From positions 3,784-67,783 of the forward strand of contig JAFQIA010000005.1 in NCBI GenBank assembly GCA_017397725.1: 64,000 bases of DNA, in the 5' to 3' direction. The translations under genes were made by a program, and so were the position numbers. The notes beneath the pieces were generated by a model that saw only the letters and a list, made by a program, of their open reading frames with translations, searched no databases and was not told the origin of the DNA. Origin of the DNA: Clostridia bacterium (GTDB lineage Bacteria; Bacillota; Clostridia; Monoglobales; Monoglobaceae). Positions 1-10,216 of this stretch are shown here, in pieces (the first letter of the stretch is position 1; each line of letters begins with the position of its first letter).

Positions 1-2
1 AT

Positions 3-770
3 GTGCCCTTGATGGAAGCCAATCCGGTAGAGGCAATCAAGAACAATGTTTTTGGTACATACAATACGGCGAGCTGTGCGGACAAGTATGGCGTCAAGCG
101 TTTTGTGATGATTTCTACTGACAAGGCGGTCAATCCTACCAATGTAATGGGTGCGACCAAGCGTGTCTGTGAGATGATTGTGCAGGCAATCCAAACAAAG
201 AGTAAAACGGAATTTGTTGCTGTTCGTTTTGGCAATGTCTTAAACTCCAACGGCTCAGTTCTTCCCAGATTCAAGCAGCAAATCAAAAAGGGCGGACCCA
301 TTACTGTTACCCATAAGGATATTATTCGCTACTTTATGACCATTCCGGAGGCTGCGCAACTGGTGCTTCAGGCGGCAACCTACGCAAAGGGTGGAGAAAT
401 CTTTATTCTGGATATGGGTGAACCGGTCAGAATCTATGATTTGGCAAAGAATTTGATTCGTCTTTCCGGATTGCGAGAGGGTAAGGATATTGAAATCAAG
501 GTAACCGGACTTCGTCCCGGCGAAAAGCTTTTTGAAGAATTGTTGCTGAAAGAAGAGGGATTGACCAAGACATCTCACGATAAAATTTATATCGGCAAGC
601 CTTCCTTCCATAGCATAGAGAAATTGGAAGAATATCTTGGCATTTTGAAACAGGCTGTAGAAAATGCTGATTCGGAGGAAATCCGGACAACCTTGGCGAC
701 CGTGGTTCCTACTTATGTAAGAAAGACCGAAACTTCTCAAGAAAAAGAGGGCACCACGGTTCAGGCATAA
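3..770 (+). CDS. Polysaccharide biosynthesis protein (CapD/PglF-like UDP-sugar 4,6-dehydratase), 5'-truncated by the window edge
   Basis: Motifs ISTDKAVNPTNVMGATKR, VRFGNVLNSNGSV, RYFMTIPEAAQLV and GLRPGEKLFEEL of the Polysacc_synt_2 family. Confidence 0.9.
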   Translation: MPLMEANPVEAIKNNVFGTYNTASCADKYGVKRFVMISTDKAVNPTNVMGATKRVCEMIVQAIQTKSKTEFVAVRFGNVLNSNGSVLPRFKQQIKKGGPITVTHKDIIRYFMTIPEAAQLVLQAATYAKGGEIFILDMGEPVRIYDLAKNLIRLSGLREGKDIEIKVTGLRPGEKLFEELLLKEEGLTKTSHDKIYIGKPSFHSIEKLEEYLGILKQAVENADSEEIRTTLATVVPTYVRKTETSQEKEGTTVQA

Positions 771-774
771 AGGA

Positions 775-1470
775 GTGATTCTTGTGACGGAAAAAAAGCG
801 AAACAAGAAATGGAAGATAACACTCAGCGTTTTTCTGGCGTTTGTACTTCTTCTCAGCGGATTGGCGTATTGGCAAAGAGAGAATATTGGTGCCTTGATA
901 GACAGCCAACGATATTCGGCAGAAGAACGTGGCGAACAGCTGGCGCAGCAGGAGGAACTGCTTTTGCGGGCGTTCTCTGAGCAGGTGCCCGGTGTAGAAA
1001 TTCATCCTCTTTCCGAAGAGGAAGAGAAACTCCTAAGAGAGGGAAAACTCAGTCCTGATGATGCCCTCCAGATCATTACCGGAAAAAAACCAAGCGTATC
1101 CCAAGGTGAGGGAGCGCAGAACCAGCAAAGCACACAGACAGAGGAGAGCTCACGACTTAATGAGTTGATTGGCCAGATTTATGTGTTGCGCTCCAGCTTT
1201 GTGGGGCGGCTCAATGGATTGGTTGCACAGGCAAAGCAGGAGTATATCAACGGAGGAGGCTCGGTGAGCAAAGGGGCCATTCTCAAACGTTATATGGGAA
1301 TCGCAAGTGGCTTGGAAGGCCAATGCGACGGGCAGATGGAATCCTTACTTTCTCAAATCAAGGCGGAACTGGAAAAAACGGGCGGTGACCTTTCGTTGAT
1401 AGGACAGATACGGTCTACCTATCAAGGAGAAAAGAGAGCCAAGAAAGCAGAAATTCTCAATCAGTTTTAA
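775..1470 (+). CDS. Hypothetical membrane-anchored protein
   Basis: 231-aa ORF; basic N-terminus, one hydrophobic helix, then a helical soluble part; AAGGAG nearby (true start may be the GTG a few codons in). Confidence 0.65.
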   Translation: MILVTEKKRNKKWKITLSVFLAFVLLLSGLAYWQRENIGALIDSQRYSAEERGEQLAQQEELLLRAFSEQVPGVEIHPLSEEEEKLLREGKLSPDDALQIITGKKPSVSQGEGAQNQQSTQTEESSRLNELIGQIYVLRSSFVGRLNGLVAQAKQEYINGGGSVSKGAILKRYMGIASGLEGQCDGQMESLLSQIKAELEKTGGDLSLIGQIRSTYQGEKRAKKAEILNQF

Positions 1471-1487
1471 GAGGTAGTTTCATCGGT

Positions 1488-1982
1488 ATGAAGTATTTCA
1501 AAATATGCGCTTGGATTTTCTTTTTGAGCGTGAGTATTGCTATATTCTTTTTTTCTTCTCAGACAGCGGCAGAGTCTTCACAAGTCAGCGGTTCCCTGCT
1601 CCACGAAATTTTAATCCGGTTGGTTCCGGGTTATGGAGAATTGCCGCTTGCTGAGCAAGCGATCATCAAGGCACAATATCACGGGCTGATTCGCAAGGCC
1701 GCACATTTTTCTATTTATGCCCTTTGGGGAATGTCCCTGACCTTGTTGCTTTTCCTGTATCAATTCGGGAAAAAAGCATTGGTTTTCACGGTAACCGGGG
1801 GCGGATTGCTTTATGCAATCTGTGATGAACTGCACCAAATGTTTTCAAACGGGCGCAGTGCACAAATCTCGGATGTATTTCTGGATTTTTTCGGAATGGC
1901 TGTGGGAATGGGCATCTTCCTTTTATGTTCCCTTTGGTATTACCGTAAAAGAAAAAGGGTATACTATTCAAAAGAAATCTAA
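1488..1982 (+). CDS. VanZ-family membrane protein
   Basis: [33 protein letters not shown] motifs; GAGG SD. Confidence 0.9.
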   Translation: MKYFKICAWIFFLSVSIAIFFFSSQTAAESSQVSGSLLHEILIRLVPGYGELPLAEQAIIKAQYHGLIRKAAHFSIYALWGMSLTLLLFLYQFGKKALVFTVTGGGLLYAICDELHQMFSNGRSAQISDVFLDFFGMAVGMGIFLLCSLWYYRKRKRVYYSKEI

Positions 1983-2008
1983 AAAATTTATATTCAGGAG
2001 GAATCATC

Positions 2009-2545
2009 ATGAACAAGTATGCAGGTACACAGACAGAACAAAATTTAAGAGCCGCATTCTCCGGCGAGTCCGAGGCAAGAAACAAGTATACCTATTTTGC
2101 ATCCAAAGCAAAAAAAGAGGGCTTTGAGCAGATTGCCGCGCTTTTCCAGAAAACTGCGGACAATGAAAAGGAACACGCAAAGATGTGGTTTAAGGAGCTC
2201 AATGGCATCGGCGATACCGCTGAGAATCTGGGCAATGCCGCAGATGGCGAAAATTACGAATGGACCGATATGTATGCAGGCTTTGCAGAAACCGCGGAAA
2301 AAGAGGGCTTTCCGGAGCTGGCAGCAAAATTCCGTATGGTTGCTGCAATCGAAAAGACTCACGAGGAACGCTATCGTGCACTTCTTAAGAATGTAGAAAC
2401 CCAGGAAGTCTTTGCCAAGAGCGAAGTCAAAGTTTGGGAATGCCGCAACTGCGGACATCTGGTTGTGGGCACCAAGGCTCCTGAAGTTTGTCCGGTCTGC
2501 GCACACCCCAAGGCTTATTTCGAAATCCACGCAGAAAATTATTAA
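2009..2545 (+). CDS. rbr: Rubrerythrin
   Basis: [14 protein letters not shown] and EKTHEERY di-iron motifs plus C-terminal CRNCG...CPVCAHP rubredoxin-like site; AGGAGG SD. Confidence 0.95.
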   Translation: MNKYAGTQTEQNLRAAFSGESEARNKYTYFASKAKKEGFEQIAALFQKTADNEKEHAKMWFKELNGIGDTAENLGNAADGENYEWTDMYAGFAETAEKEGFPELAAKFRMVAAIEKTHEERYRALLKNVETQEVFAKSEVKVWECRNCGHLVVGTKAPEVCPVCAHPKAYFEIHAENY

Positions 2546-2552
2546 AAGATTA

Positions 2553-2579
2553 AAAAAGCTATCTTTCGATAGCTTTTTT
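2553..2579. terminator. Bidirectional intrinsic terminator
   Basis: AAAAAGCTATC-TTTC-GATAGCTTTTT hairpin between convergent rbr and araC. Confidence 0.75.
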
Positions 2580-3359
2580 CTTTTGCCGAAACTGTCCCGG
2601 TGGGAGGTTGTAGTGTTGCTTAAATCCCCGAAGGAAGTTTGCGTAGTCCTCAAAGCCGCTTTCAAAGCAGATTTCAGAAACGCTCAAATGGGAGTATAAA
2701 AGTAGTTTTTTGGCGTATTCAAATCGGAGTGAGTTAAGGTATTTCTTGAACCCGATTCCGGTTTCTTTGCGAAAAATATGGCTTAAATAAGCAGGGGAGA
2801 GATTGAGCATCTCCGCAACTGCAGTCAGGGTAACACGGGAACGAAAGTGATTCTGCAGATAGAGCATCGCCGTCTGAATATAAGCAGGTCGGGCGGTATG
2901 CTCTTTTTTTGTGGATTTTCCCAATTTACAAAGGAGGGAATGCAGAAGTGTAGTTGCGTAGGTGATATCCTCTTCTTTGACGGCAATGCATAGCTCGTTT
3001 AACAGGGAGGTGATGAAATCCGCTTCGGTAGAGGAAAAAGAAATGGCGTGTTCGATTCCATGCTCCGACAAGGGGAACAAAACATCAGGTGTGGAAAGAT
3101 GATGAGAAAACATAATATTCACAATTTCCGCATCAGCATTTTTTAACTGATGAAAGTTGATGGGAGTCATAAAAAAAATCATACCCGGCTTAATGGGATA
3201 GGAAAGTCCGTCAATGGCATATTCTCCGCTTCCGCTCAGGATAAATTCAATTTCAAAGAAATCATGCCAATGAGTAGCAAAATCACCGAAAATATGTTTT
3301 TTCTCTGCACTGATATCGTGTTTGGTTATATTCTGCTGTGTGGTATATAATTCAATCAT
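2559..3359 (-). CDS. AraC-family transcriptional regulator (cupin + HTH)
   Basis: HWHDFFEIEF cupin motif, LSPAYLSHIFRKETG and SGFEDYANFLRGFKQHY HTH; start reassigned to MIELY (3359) after AGAAGGTGA SD; TTGCAT-17-TATAAT upstream. Confidence 0.9.
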   Translation of the reverse strand: MIELYTTQQNITKHDISAEKKHIFGDFATHWHDFFEIEFILSGSGEYAIDGLSYPIKPGMIFFMTPINFHQLKNADAEIVNIMFSHHLSTPDVLFPLSEHGIEHAISFSSTEADFITSLLNELCIAVKEEDITYATTLLHSLLCKLGKSTKKEHTARPAYIQTAMLYLQNHFRSRVTLTAVAEMLNLSPAYLSHIFRKETGIGFKKYLNSLRFEYAKKLLLYSHLSVSEICFESGFEDYANFLRGFKQHYNLPPGQFRQKKKAIER

Positions 3360-3481
3360 TTCATCACCTTCTGCTTTTATTATAAAACAAAATCTAAAAA
3401 AATGCAATAATAAAGAAAAAATTTGCAGTACAACAAAAACAACAAGAGGATATGATGAAAAAAGTGAAAGGAGTGGCCGAA

Positions 3482-5887
3482 GTGAAGAAAAAGGTTTATT
3501 TGATTGGAAATGCACACCTTGATCCGGTCTGGCTGTGGCAATGGCAGGAAGGTTTTTCGGAGATTAAAGCAACCTTCCGCAGCGCTCTGGACAGAATGAA
3601 AGAATTTCCCAAGTATAAGTTTACCTCAGCTTGTAGCTGTTATTATATGTGGATTGAAAAAAGTGACCCTAAGATGTTTCAAGAGATTCAGGAACGGGTC
3701 AAAGAGGGAAGATGGAACATTGTAGGCGGGTGGTTCTTACAGCCGGATTGTAATCTTCCCAGTGGAGAGTCCTTTGCACGACACAGTTTAATCAGTCAAC
3801 GCTATTTCAAAGAGAAATTTGGCATAACAGCCAAGGTGGGGTACAATGTGGATTCCTTTGGACATAACGGAAGTCTGCCTAAGATTTTGCGAAGCAGCGG
3901 GATGGATAGTTATGTGTTTATGAGACCCGGTCCTCACGAAAAGGAACTGCCCCAAAGTTTGTTCCAATGGCAAAGTATGGATGGGAGCCAGGTAACAACC
4001 TATCGCATTCCTGAAGTTTACTGCATCACGATGCAGCGGTTTGATGCCTTTGAACGCATTGCCAATATGGATGGGGATGTTCCGATGATGGCATTTTACG
4101 GGATTGGAAACCATGGTGGCGGACCTACCATCCAACTGCTTGAAAAGATGCAAAAGGAGCTGGATGAACGCTATATTTATGCAATACCGGAAGAGTATTT
4201 CAAGGATGCAAAAACCCTTCCAATGCCAACTATCTCTGATGATTTGCAGTTTCATGCTAAGGGATGTTACAGCGCTTATAGCCGGATTAAGAAAGACAAC
4301 CGGTTGGCGGAAAATCAATTGATTGAGGCGGAAAAGTATGCGGTACTTTCCAATGTCTTGATGGGGACCCCTTATCCCCAAGAGGAATTGGAACGGGGTT
4401 GGAAGAACGTGTTGTTCAATCAATTCCACGATATTTTGGGTGGTTGCAGTATTCGTGAGGCCTATACCGATGCCGCATGGGCGCATGGAGAAGCCTTGCG
4501 TATCGCAAGCTGGGAATCCAATTTTGCCAGACAGCAGATTTCGTGGAATATTGATACCACCAAGGGAATGGACATTACCCTTGACCGATTCAAGGATGTG
4601 TTCTGGATTAACCAATGTACCAGCGATTTGGGAACTCCCATTGTGGTATTCAATCCATTGCCCTTTCCGGTGGAAAAATTGGTACAAGTCCGCGCAGGCA
4701 ATGGTACCATCTTCACCGAAGATGGTGAGGCTCTTCCCACCCAAACGGTACGGGCATCCAAAACCAACGGAGAGGAAAAATGGGATAAGGTGTTCCTTGC
4801 ACAGGTTCCCGCACTGGGCTATCGTTTGTATCGTTTGCATACCGATAAGGACAATATGCCCACAGACAATCCATTTATCTGTACGGATACTTCTATTGAG
4901 AATGAGGAAATCCGGCTTACGATGAATCCTGAAACCGGAGAGATAGCAAGTATCTTCCTGAAAAAGAACGGAAAAGAACTTCTTACGGCGAACAGCAAAA
5001 CCGTCTTTATGGACGAAACCGATAGTGATACTTGGTCGCATGGCATCAAAGAATTTAAGAATGTAGTGAGCATAAGTCAGTCGGGCAGTGTCAAGATAAT
5101 AGAACAAGGCCCTGTCCGTGCCACGATTCGGTCAGTGATTCGGATGCTTGACACCGAGATTATCAGAGATTATTCTATCGAAAGAGGAAGTTGTCGGATT
5201 AAAGTTTCGGCGAAAGTGGATTTTCGTGAAAAGCATAAGATGTTAAAGTTCACGCTGCCCGCTTTGGTGGAGAATCCCAAGGTCTATGCCAAAATCCCTT
5301 TTGGCTTTATCGAACGCCCCAATGACGGAAGTGAACAGGTCTGCGGGGAGTGGGTTGCCATCTGCGATGAGAATGGTGGCTTGGTGGTTGCCAATGAGGA
5401 CAAATATAGCTTTGATGCAGACCGGAATGAACTTTCTATGACGGTACTTCGGGGCGCGATTTATGCGGACCATTATGGTGGACAAACCGGAAATCGGGAT
5501 GAGTTTTGCGAATATATGGATCAGGGAATCCATCAGTTCAGGTATACCATCACGCCCTTTGTTTCCCTTGCACAGGCAGAAAAAGAGGGGCAGATGGCAA
5601 ATGCAGAGTTGGCATATGTGCTGGAAACCTTCCATCAAGGGGAGCTGAGTGAAAGTTATGGTGCCATCGAGGTAGAAAAGGAAAATATTATGGTTACCGC
5701 ATTGAAAAGAAATGAGGATAGCGATGGATGGATTCTCCGTTGCTATGAAACGGAAAATAAGGACACCGAAACCAAGATTTCCCTTTTTGGGACCGTGTGG
5801 ACTGCAAAATTCGGACACAGTCAGGTCAAGACCTTTTTGATAGAAAATGGCAAGGTGACCGAAGTTGACTTTATGGAGTGGAGGTAG
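3482..5887 (+). CDS. GH38 alpha-mannosidase
   Basis: GNAHLDPVWLWQW, NVDSFGH and NQFHDILGG motifs; GTG start after AAGGAG; no signal peptide. Confidence 0.9.
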   Translation: MKKKVYLIGNAHLDPVWLWQWQEGFSEIKATFRSALDRMKEFPKYKFTSACSCYYMWIEKSDPKMFQEIQERVKEGRWNIVGGWFLQPDCNLPSGESFARHSLISQRYFKEKFGITAKVGYNVDSFGHNGSLPKILRSSGMDSYVFMRPGPHEKELPQSLFQWQSMDGSQVTTYRIPEVYCITMQRFDAFERIANMDGDVPMMAFYGIGNHGGGPTIQLLEKMQKELDERYIYAIPEEYFKDAKTLPMPTISDDLQFHAKGCYSAYSRIKKDNRLAENQLIEAEKYAVLSNVLMGTPYPQEELERGWKNVLFNQFHDILGGCSIREAYTDAAWAHGEALRIASWESNFARQQISWNIDTTKGMDITLDRFKDVFWINQCTSDLGTPIVVFNPLPFPVEKLVQVRAGNGTIFTEDGEALPTQTVRASKTNGEEKWDKVFLAQVPALGYRLYRLHTDKDNMPTDNPFICTDTSIENEEIRLTMNPETGEIASIFLKKNGKELLTANSKTVFMDETDSDTWSHGIKEFKNVVSISQSGSVKIIEQGPVRATIRSVIRMLDTEIIRDYSIERGSCRIKVSAKVDFREKHKMLKFTLPALVENPKVYAKIPFGFIERPNDGSEQVCGEWVAICDENGGLVVANEDKYSFDADRNELSMTVLRGAIYADHYGGQTGNRDEFCEYMDQGIHQFRYTITPFVSLAQAEKEGQMANAELAYVLETFHQGELSESYGAIEVEKENIMVTALKRNEDSDGWILRCYETENKDTETKISLFGTVWTAKFGHSQVKTFLIENGKVTEVDFMEWR

Positions 5888-5889
5888 CG

Positions 5890-6849
5890 ATGGAACTTTT
5901 AGGAATTGATATTGGCGGAACCAAGTGCGCAGTGGTGCGAGGTAATGCACAAGGGGAAATCCTGTGCAAAGAATCCGTTCCGACTACTACGGTAGAGGAA
6001 ACGCTGAACTGGATTCTTCAAACCGCAGAAAGGCTGAAAGGGGAAAGCGTGGCAATCGGTATCAGTTGCGGCGGTCCGCTGGATTCAGAGAAAGGCGTGA
6101 TTCTTTCCCCGCCCAATCTCCCCGATTGGGATGAGGTGGAGATTGTCAGAATGTTGGAAGAAAAGCTGCAGATTCCTGCTTATCTTTGCAATGACGCCAA
6201 TGCGTGTGCCCTGGCAGAATGGAAGTTTGGCGCAGGAAGAGGCTGCAAGAATATGATTTTCTTGACCTTTGGTACCGGTCTTGGTGCAGGGTTGATTTTG
6301 GATGGAAAACTCTATGCAGGTACCAACGGAAACGCCGGTGAGGTGGGGCATATCCGCTTAAGTGATTTTGGACCGGTGGGCTATGGAAAGCAGGGGTCCT
6401 TTGAAGGGTTTGCCAGCGGCGGAGGAATTGCCCTTTTGGGAAAGTCCTTTGCTCTTGAGGCAATTCAGCAAGGGGTAAAGCCAAGCTATTGCAAGGATTT
6501 GAGTGAGCTTGATACAATCACTGCCAAATCTATTGCAGCGGCTGCCAATGAGGGAGATTTGACGGCGTGTAGGGTTTATGAAACAACAGGGAAGATGCTG
6601 GGCAAAGGCTTGGCAATCCTGATTGATATTTTGAATCCTGAGAGAATTGTGATTGGGAGCATTTTCCAACGGGCGGAGAATTTATTGCGGAAAGCCATGG
6701 AGGATGCAATTTGTAAGGAAGCATTGCCCGCAGCGGCGGAAGTGGTCAAGGTTTTGCCGGCAGAATTGGGAGAACATCTTGGCGATTGTGCCGCTTTGGC
6801 GTTGGCGCTGGTTTGCGCAGAGGAAAAGGAGGGGTCTTATGTTCAATAA
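5890..6849 (+). CDS. ROK-family sugar kinase
   Basis: GIDIGGTK, NDANACALAEWKFGAG, GTGLGAG and GEVGH motifs; no N-terminal HTH. Confidence 0.9.
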   Translation: MELLGIDIGGTKCAVVRGNAQGEILCKESVPTTTVEETLNWILQTAERLKGESVAIGISCGGPLDSEKGVILSPPNLPDWDEVEIVRMLEEKLQIPAYLCNDANACALAEWKFGAGRGCKNMIFLTFGTGLGAGLILDGKLYAGTNGNAGEVGHIRLSDFGPVGYGKQGSFEGFASGGGIALLGKSFALEAIQQGVKPSYCKDLSELDTITAKSIAAAANEGDLTACRVYETTGKMLGKGLAILIDILNPERIVIGSIFQRAENLLRKAMEDAICKEALPAAAEVVKVLPAELGEHLGDCAALALALVCAEEKEGSYVQ

Positions 6850-7462
6850 TTTGTTAACAAAGTATCCGGAATTGGTAAAATGCAAGGATGCCATTTCGGA
6901 CGCAAAGGAAAGAATGATTGCCGCATTTGCAGAAGGGAAAAAGCTGTTGGTTTGCGGCAACGGAGGCAGTTGTGCGGACAGCGACCACATTGTGGGAGAG
7001 CTGATGAAAGGTTTTTTGCTCCGCCGTCCTGTCCCGCAAGAGGAACGCGCAAAACTGCAAGAGCTTTTCCCGCAAGAGGCAGAAATACTTGCAAATAATT
7101 TACAAGGGGCATTGCCTGCCATCTCTCTCAATGCGCATAGCGGGTTGATTTCGGCATTTGCCAATGATGTTGCGCCCGAAATGGTGTATGCCCAGCAAGT
7201 GTATGGTTACGGAAATGAGGGGGACCTCTTTTTGGGGCTTACCACATCCGGCAATTCCGAAAACGTAGTCAAGGCGGCAATGATTGCCAAAGCCAAAAAG
7301 ATGACAGTGATTGCTCTGGTGGGAGAAAAAGATTGTAAGCTTGACAAGATTGCAGACGTGGTGATTCACGCACCGAAAAGCGAAACCTTTCAGGTTCAGG
7401 AATTGCATCTGCCAATTTATCATTACTTGTGCGCCGCTTGTGAGGAACATTTTTTTGCATAG
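6839..7462 (+). CDS. SIS-domain sugar-phosphate isomerase (GmhA/DiaA-like)
   Basis: CGNGGSCADSDHIVGEL, TTSGNSENV, QELHLPIYH; start MFNNL after AGGAGG, overlaps ROK stop. Confidence 0.85.
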   Translation: MFNNLLTKYPELVKCKDAISDAKERMIAAFAEGKKLLVCGNGGSCADSDHIVGELMKGFLLRRPVPQEERAKLQELFPQEAEILANNLQGALPAISLNAHSGLISAFANDVAPEMVYAQQVYGYGNEGDLFLGLTTSGNSENVVKAAMIAKAKKMTVIALVGEKDCKLDKIADVVIHAPKSETFQVQELHLPIYHYLCAACEEHFFA

Positions 7463-7500
7463 TAAAGGGTGTGTCTTTCGACACACCCTTTACTATTTTT
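7460..7500. terminator. Bidirectional intrinsic terminator
   Basis: GTAAAGGGTGTGTC-TTTC-GACACACCCTTTAC followed by T-run, between convergent genes. Confidence 0.8.
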
Positions 7501-8347
7501 AATGCACAACTACCTGTGCGCCGGAAATCAGGAAGTAGAGAATCACCAGAATGCCGACCACAATACGATAATACCCAAATGCTTTGAAATCGTGGTTGCG
7601 GATGTAGTTCATCAAGAACTTGATTGCCGCAATGGAAACCAGATAAGCCACCACCATACCGGTGAGCAGAATCCCGATTTCTTCTCCGCTGAATCCGCCA
7701 CCGGTTTCCAAGAAGAACTTCACCACCTTCAAAAGGCTGGCACCCAACATCACCGGAACTGCCAAAAAGAACGAAAATTCTGCCGCTACAAAGCGGGAGG
7801 TTCCAAGAATGGTGGCACCTAAAATGGTGGAGCCGGAACGGGAAGTGCCCGGAATCAGGGAGAGCACCTGAAAGGCGCCAATCAGCAAAGCCGTCTTGTA
7901 GGTAAGCGTATTTAGGTCATTGATTTTTGGCGTTTTGTTCTGCTTTTCAATCAGGATAAAGAAGATACCGTAAAGAATCAATGCCGCCGCAACGACCCAA
8001 GCGTTGTAGGTGTACTGGTTAATCAAATCGTCAAACAGAAGACCGATTACCGCAGCGGGGATACATCCCACCAGAACCTTGAACCACATATTCCAGGTAT
8101 CGGATTTTTCTTCTTTGGACTTTTTGGGAGAAAAGGGGTTCAGCTTGTGGAAATACAGCGTTACCACCGCCAAAATAGAGCCAAACTGAATTACAACCAG
8201 AAACAGATTGATAAAATCCGCAGACTGATTCAGCGGCATAAACTGGTCCACCAGAATCATATGTCCGGTACTGCTGATGGGCAGCCATTCGGTAATTCCC
8301 TGCACAATGCCGAGAACAATGGTTTTTAAGAGTTCCATCAAATACAT
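7499..8347 (-). CDS. uppP: Undecaprenyl-diphosphate phosphatase
   Basis: [14 protein letters not shown] and PGTSRSG signature motifs; multiple TM helices. Confidence 0.95.
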   Translation of the reverse strand: MYLMELLKTIVLGIVQGITEWLPISSTGHMILVDQFMPLNQSADFINLFLVVIQFGSILAVVTLYFHKLNPFSPKKSKEEKSDTWNMWFKVLVGCIPAAVIGLLFDDLINQYTYNAWVVAAALILYGIFFILIEKQNKTPKINDLNTLTYKTALLIGAFQVLSLIPGTSRSGSTILGATILGTSRFVAAEFSFFLAVPVMLGASLLKVVKFFLETGGGFSGEEIGILLTGMVVAYLVSIAAIKFLMNYIRNHDFKAFGYYRIVVGILVILYFLISGAQVVVH

Positions 8348-8380
8348 AGGGGGTCATCTCCAATCCTTTTTTGTATGATA

Positions 8381-9319
8381 CTATGCGTTCTTTTTGTCAT
8401 CAATGTCTTCAATGTTGTAAGGCGTGGTCTGGTATACAAAGTAGTTCAGCCAGTTGGAGTAAAGCAGGTTGGCATGGGAACGCCAAGAAACCTGCGGTGT
8501 TTTTGTGGGGTCATCATCAGGAAAATAATTGACCGGAACGGCAATGTCAAGTCCTTTGTCCTTGTCGCGAAAGTATTCATTGGCAAGGGTGATATCGTCA
8601 TATTCCGAATGTCCGGTGACAAAGAACTGACGGTCACTCTTGGCGCAGACGATATAAACACCTGCCTCAGGTGAGGTCGCCAGAATCTCCAATTCGGGGA
8701 CCTTTACAATATCCTCCTCACGGATTTCGGTGTGTCGGGAATGGGGGACATAAAAGGTATCATCAAAACCCCGAAGTAACATTTTGTGTTTCTTTTCCGA
8801 AACCACCTGGTGGGGGAAGATACCAAACATCTTTTGGTTAAGGGGATACTTTTTGATACCATAATGGTAGTAAAGTGCTGCCTGTGCACCCCAACAGATA
8901 TGAAAGGTAGAGGTTACATGGCTTTTGGTCCATTCCATAATCTCACAAAGCTCCTGCCAGTAGTCTACCTTTTCAAAATCCAGCATCTCCACCGGAGCAC
9001 CGGTGATAATCATTCCGTCAAACTTCTGGTCTTTGTAATCATCAAAGGTGCCATAAAAGGTTTCCAGATGGCTCTTGGAGATATGCGTGGGCATATGGGA
9101 CTTGGTATGCATAAAGCTTACGTCAATTTGCAGCGGGGTATTGCCCAACACCCGAAGCAGTTGGGTTTCCGTTGCAATCTTGGTAGGCATCAGGTTCAGA
9201 ATCAAAATTTTTAAGGGGCGGATATCCTGTGTCAGTGCCCGCTTTTCAGTAATCACAAAAATATTTTCCTGATTGAGGGTTTCAATCGCAGGAAGATTGT
9301 CCTTTACTTTAATCGGCAT
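8381..9319 (-). CDS. metA: MetA-family homoserine O-acyltransferase (probably acetyltransferase)
   Basis: [27 protein letters not shown] (catalytic Cys), GHSEYD. Confidence 0.95.
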   Translation of the reverse strand: MPIKVKDNLPAIETLNQENIFVITEKRALTQDIRPLKILILNLMPTKIATETQLLRVLGNTPLQIDVSFMHTKSHMPTHISKSHLETFYGTFDDYKDQKFDGMIITGAPVEMLDFEKVDYWQELCEIMEWTKSHVTSTFHICWGAQAALYYHYGIKKYPLNQKMFGIFPHQVVSEKKHKMLLRGFDDTFYVPHSRHTEIREEDIVKVPELEILATSPEAGVYIVCAKSDRQFFVTGHSEYDDITLANEYFRDKDKGLDIAVPVNYFPDDDPTKTPQVSWRSHANLLYSNWLNYFVYQTTPYNIEDIDDKKNA

Positions 9320-9491
9320 AAGCGCACCTCCGTCGATGGTTTATTCTTTATTGTATCACAGTTTTTCTGATTCGTAAACCCCATTTTCACCGAAGAAATA
9401 TTAAAAAACTGCGACAAGGAGAAAAAGACTCGACAAAGGAATCTCTTTTGTGTATAATAAAGGCAGAGTTTGAATGAGAGGAGGTTGTGCG

Positions 9492-10181
9492 ATGGACTTG
9501 TTACTGATTGAAAACGACAAAGAGATTGCCAAGCTGGAGCGGGACTATCTTCAGGCAAGCGGCTTTGTGTGTGAGATTGCCGAGGATGGAGAAACCGGCT
9601 TAAAGCTGGCACTCAGTCGGGAGTATGGGGCGGTAATTACCGGCATTGAGCTTCCCAAACGGGACGGTTTTTCTGTTTGTGGTGAGATACGCAAAAGCAA
9701 GGAGATTCCGGTTATCTTTGTTTCGGTAAGAGATACAGAGATTGATAAGGTACGTGCCTTTGGTTTGGGTGCGGACGATTATATCACCAAACCGTTTTCG
9801 CCCACAGAACTGGTGGCAAGGGTCAAGGCGCATATCTCTCGTTATGAAAAACTGGTCAAAAAGTCAGAAAATCAGGCGTTGCGTACCATTCAGGTGCGGG
9901 ACCTGACGATTGACAAGGATTCCCATCGGGTTTATGTAGGAAAGACCGAAGTGGCAATGCCGGTGAAAGAATATGAACTTTTGCTTTTTTTGGCAGAAAA
10001 CCCCAATATTGTATTCAGCAAGGAACGGTTGTTTGACCGTCTTTGGGGCATCGATGCCATGGGGGATGTTTCTACCGTTACCGTCCACATCCAGAGAATC
10101 CGCGAGAAGATAGAAAAAGATCCCAACGGCAAAAAATATATTGAAACCGTCTGGGGTGCAGGCTACCGATTCCGAGTATAA
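9492..10181 (+). CDS. OmpR-family response regulator, atypical receiver, no adjacent kinase
   Basis: Receiver (GADDYITKPF) plus winged helix (VTVHIQRIREKIE, IETVWGAGYRF); phospho-acceptor position reads VITGIELP; start after GAGGAGG. Confidence 0.9.
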   Translation: MDLLLIENDKEIAKLERDYLQASGFVCEIAEDGETGLKLALSREYGAVITGIELPKRDGFSVCGEIRKSKEIPVIFVSVRDTEIDKVRAFGLGADDYITKPFSPTELVARVKAHISRYEKLVKKSENQALRTIQVRDLTIDKDSHRVYVGKTEVAMPVKEYELLLFLAENPNIVFSKERLFDRLWGIDAMGDVSTVTVHIQRIREKIEKDPNGKKYIETVWGAGYRFRV

Positions 10182-10216
10182 AAAATCCACAATGCTGATG
10201 CATTGTGGATTTTTTT
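10180..10216. terminator. Bidirectional intrinsic terminator
   Basis: AAAAATCCACAATGC-TGAT-GCATTGTGGATTTTT. Confidence 0.85.
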
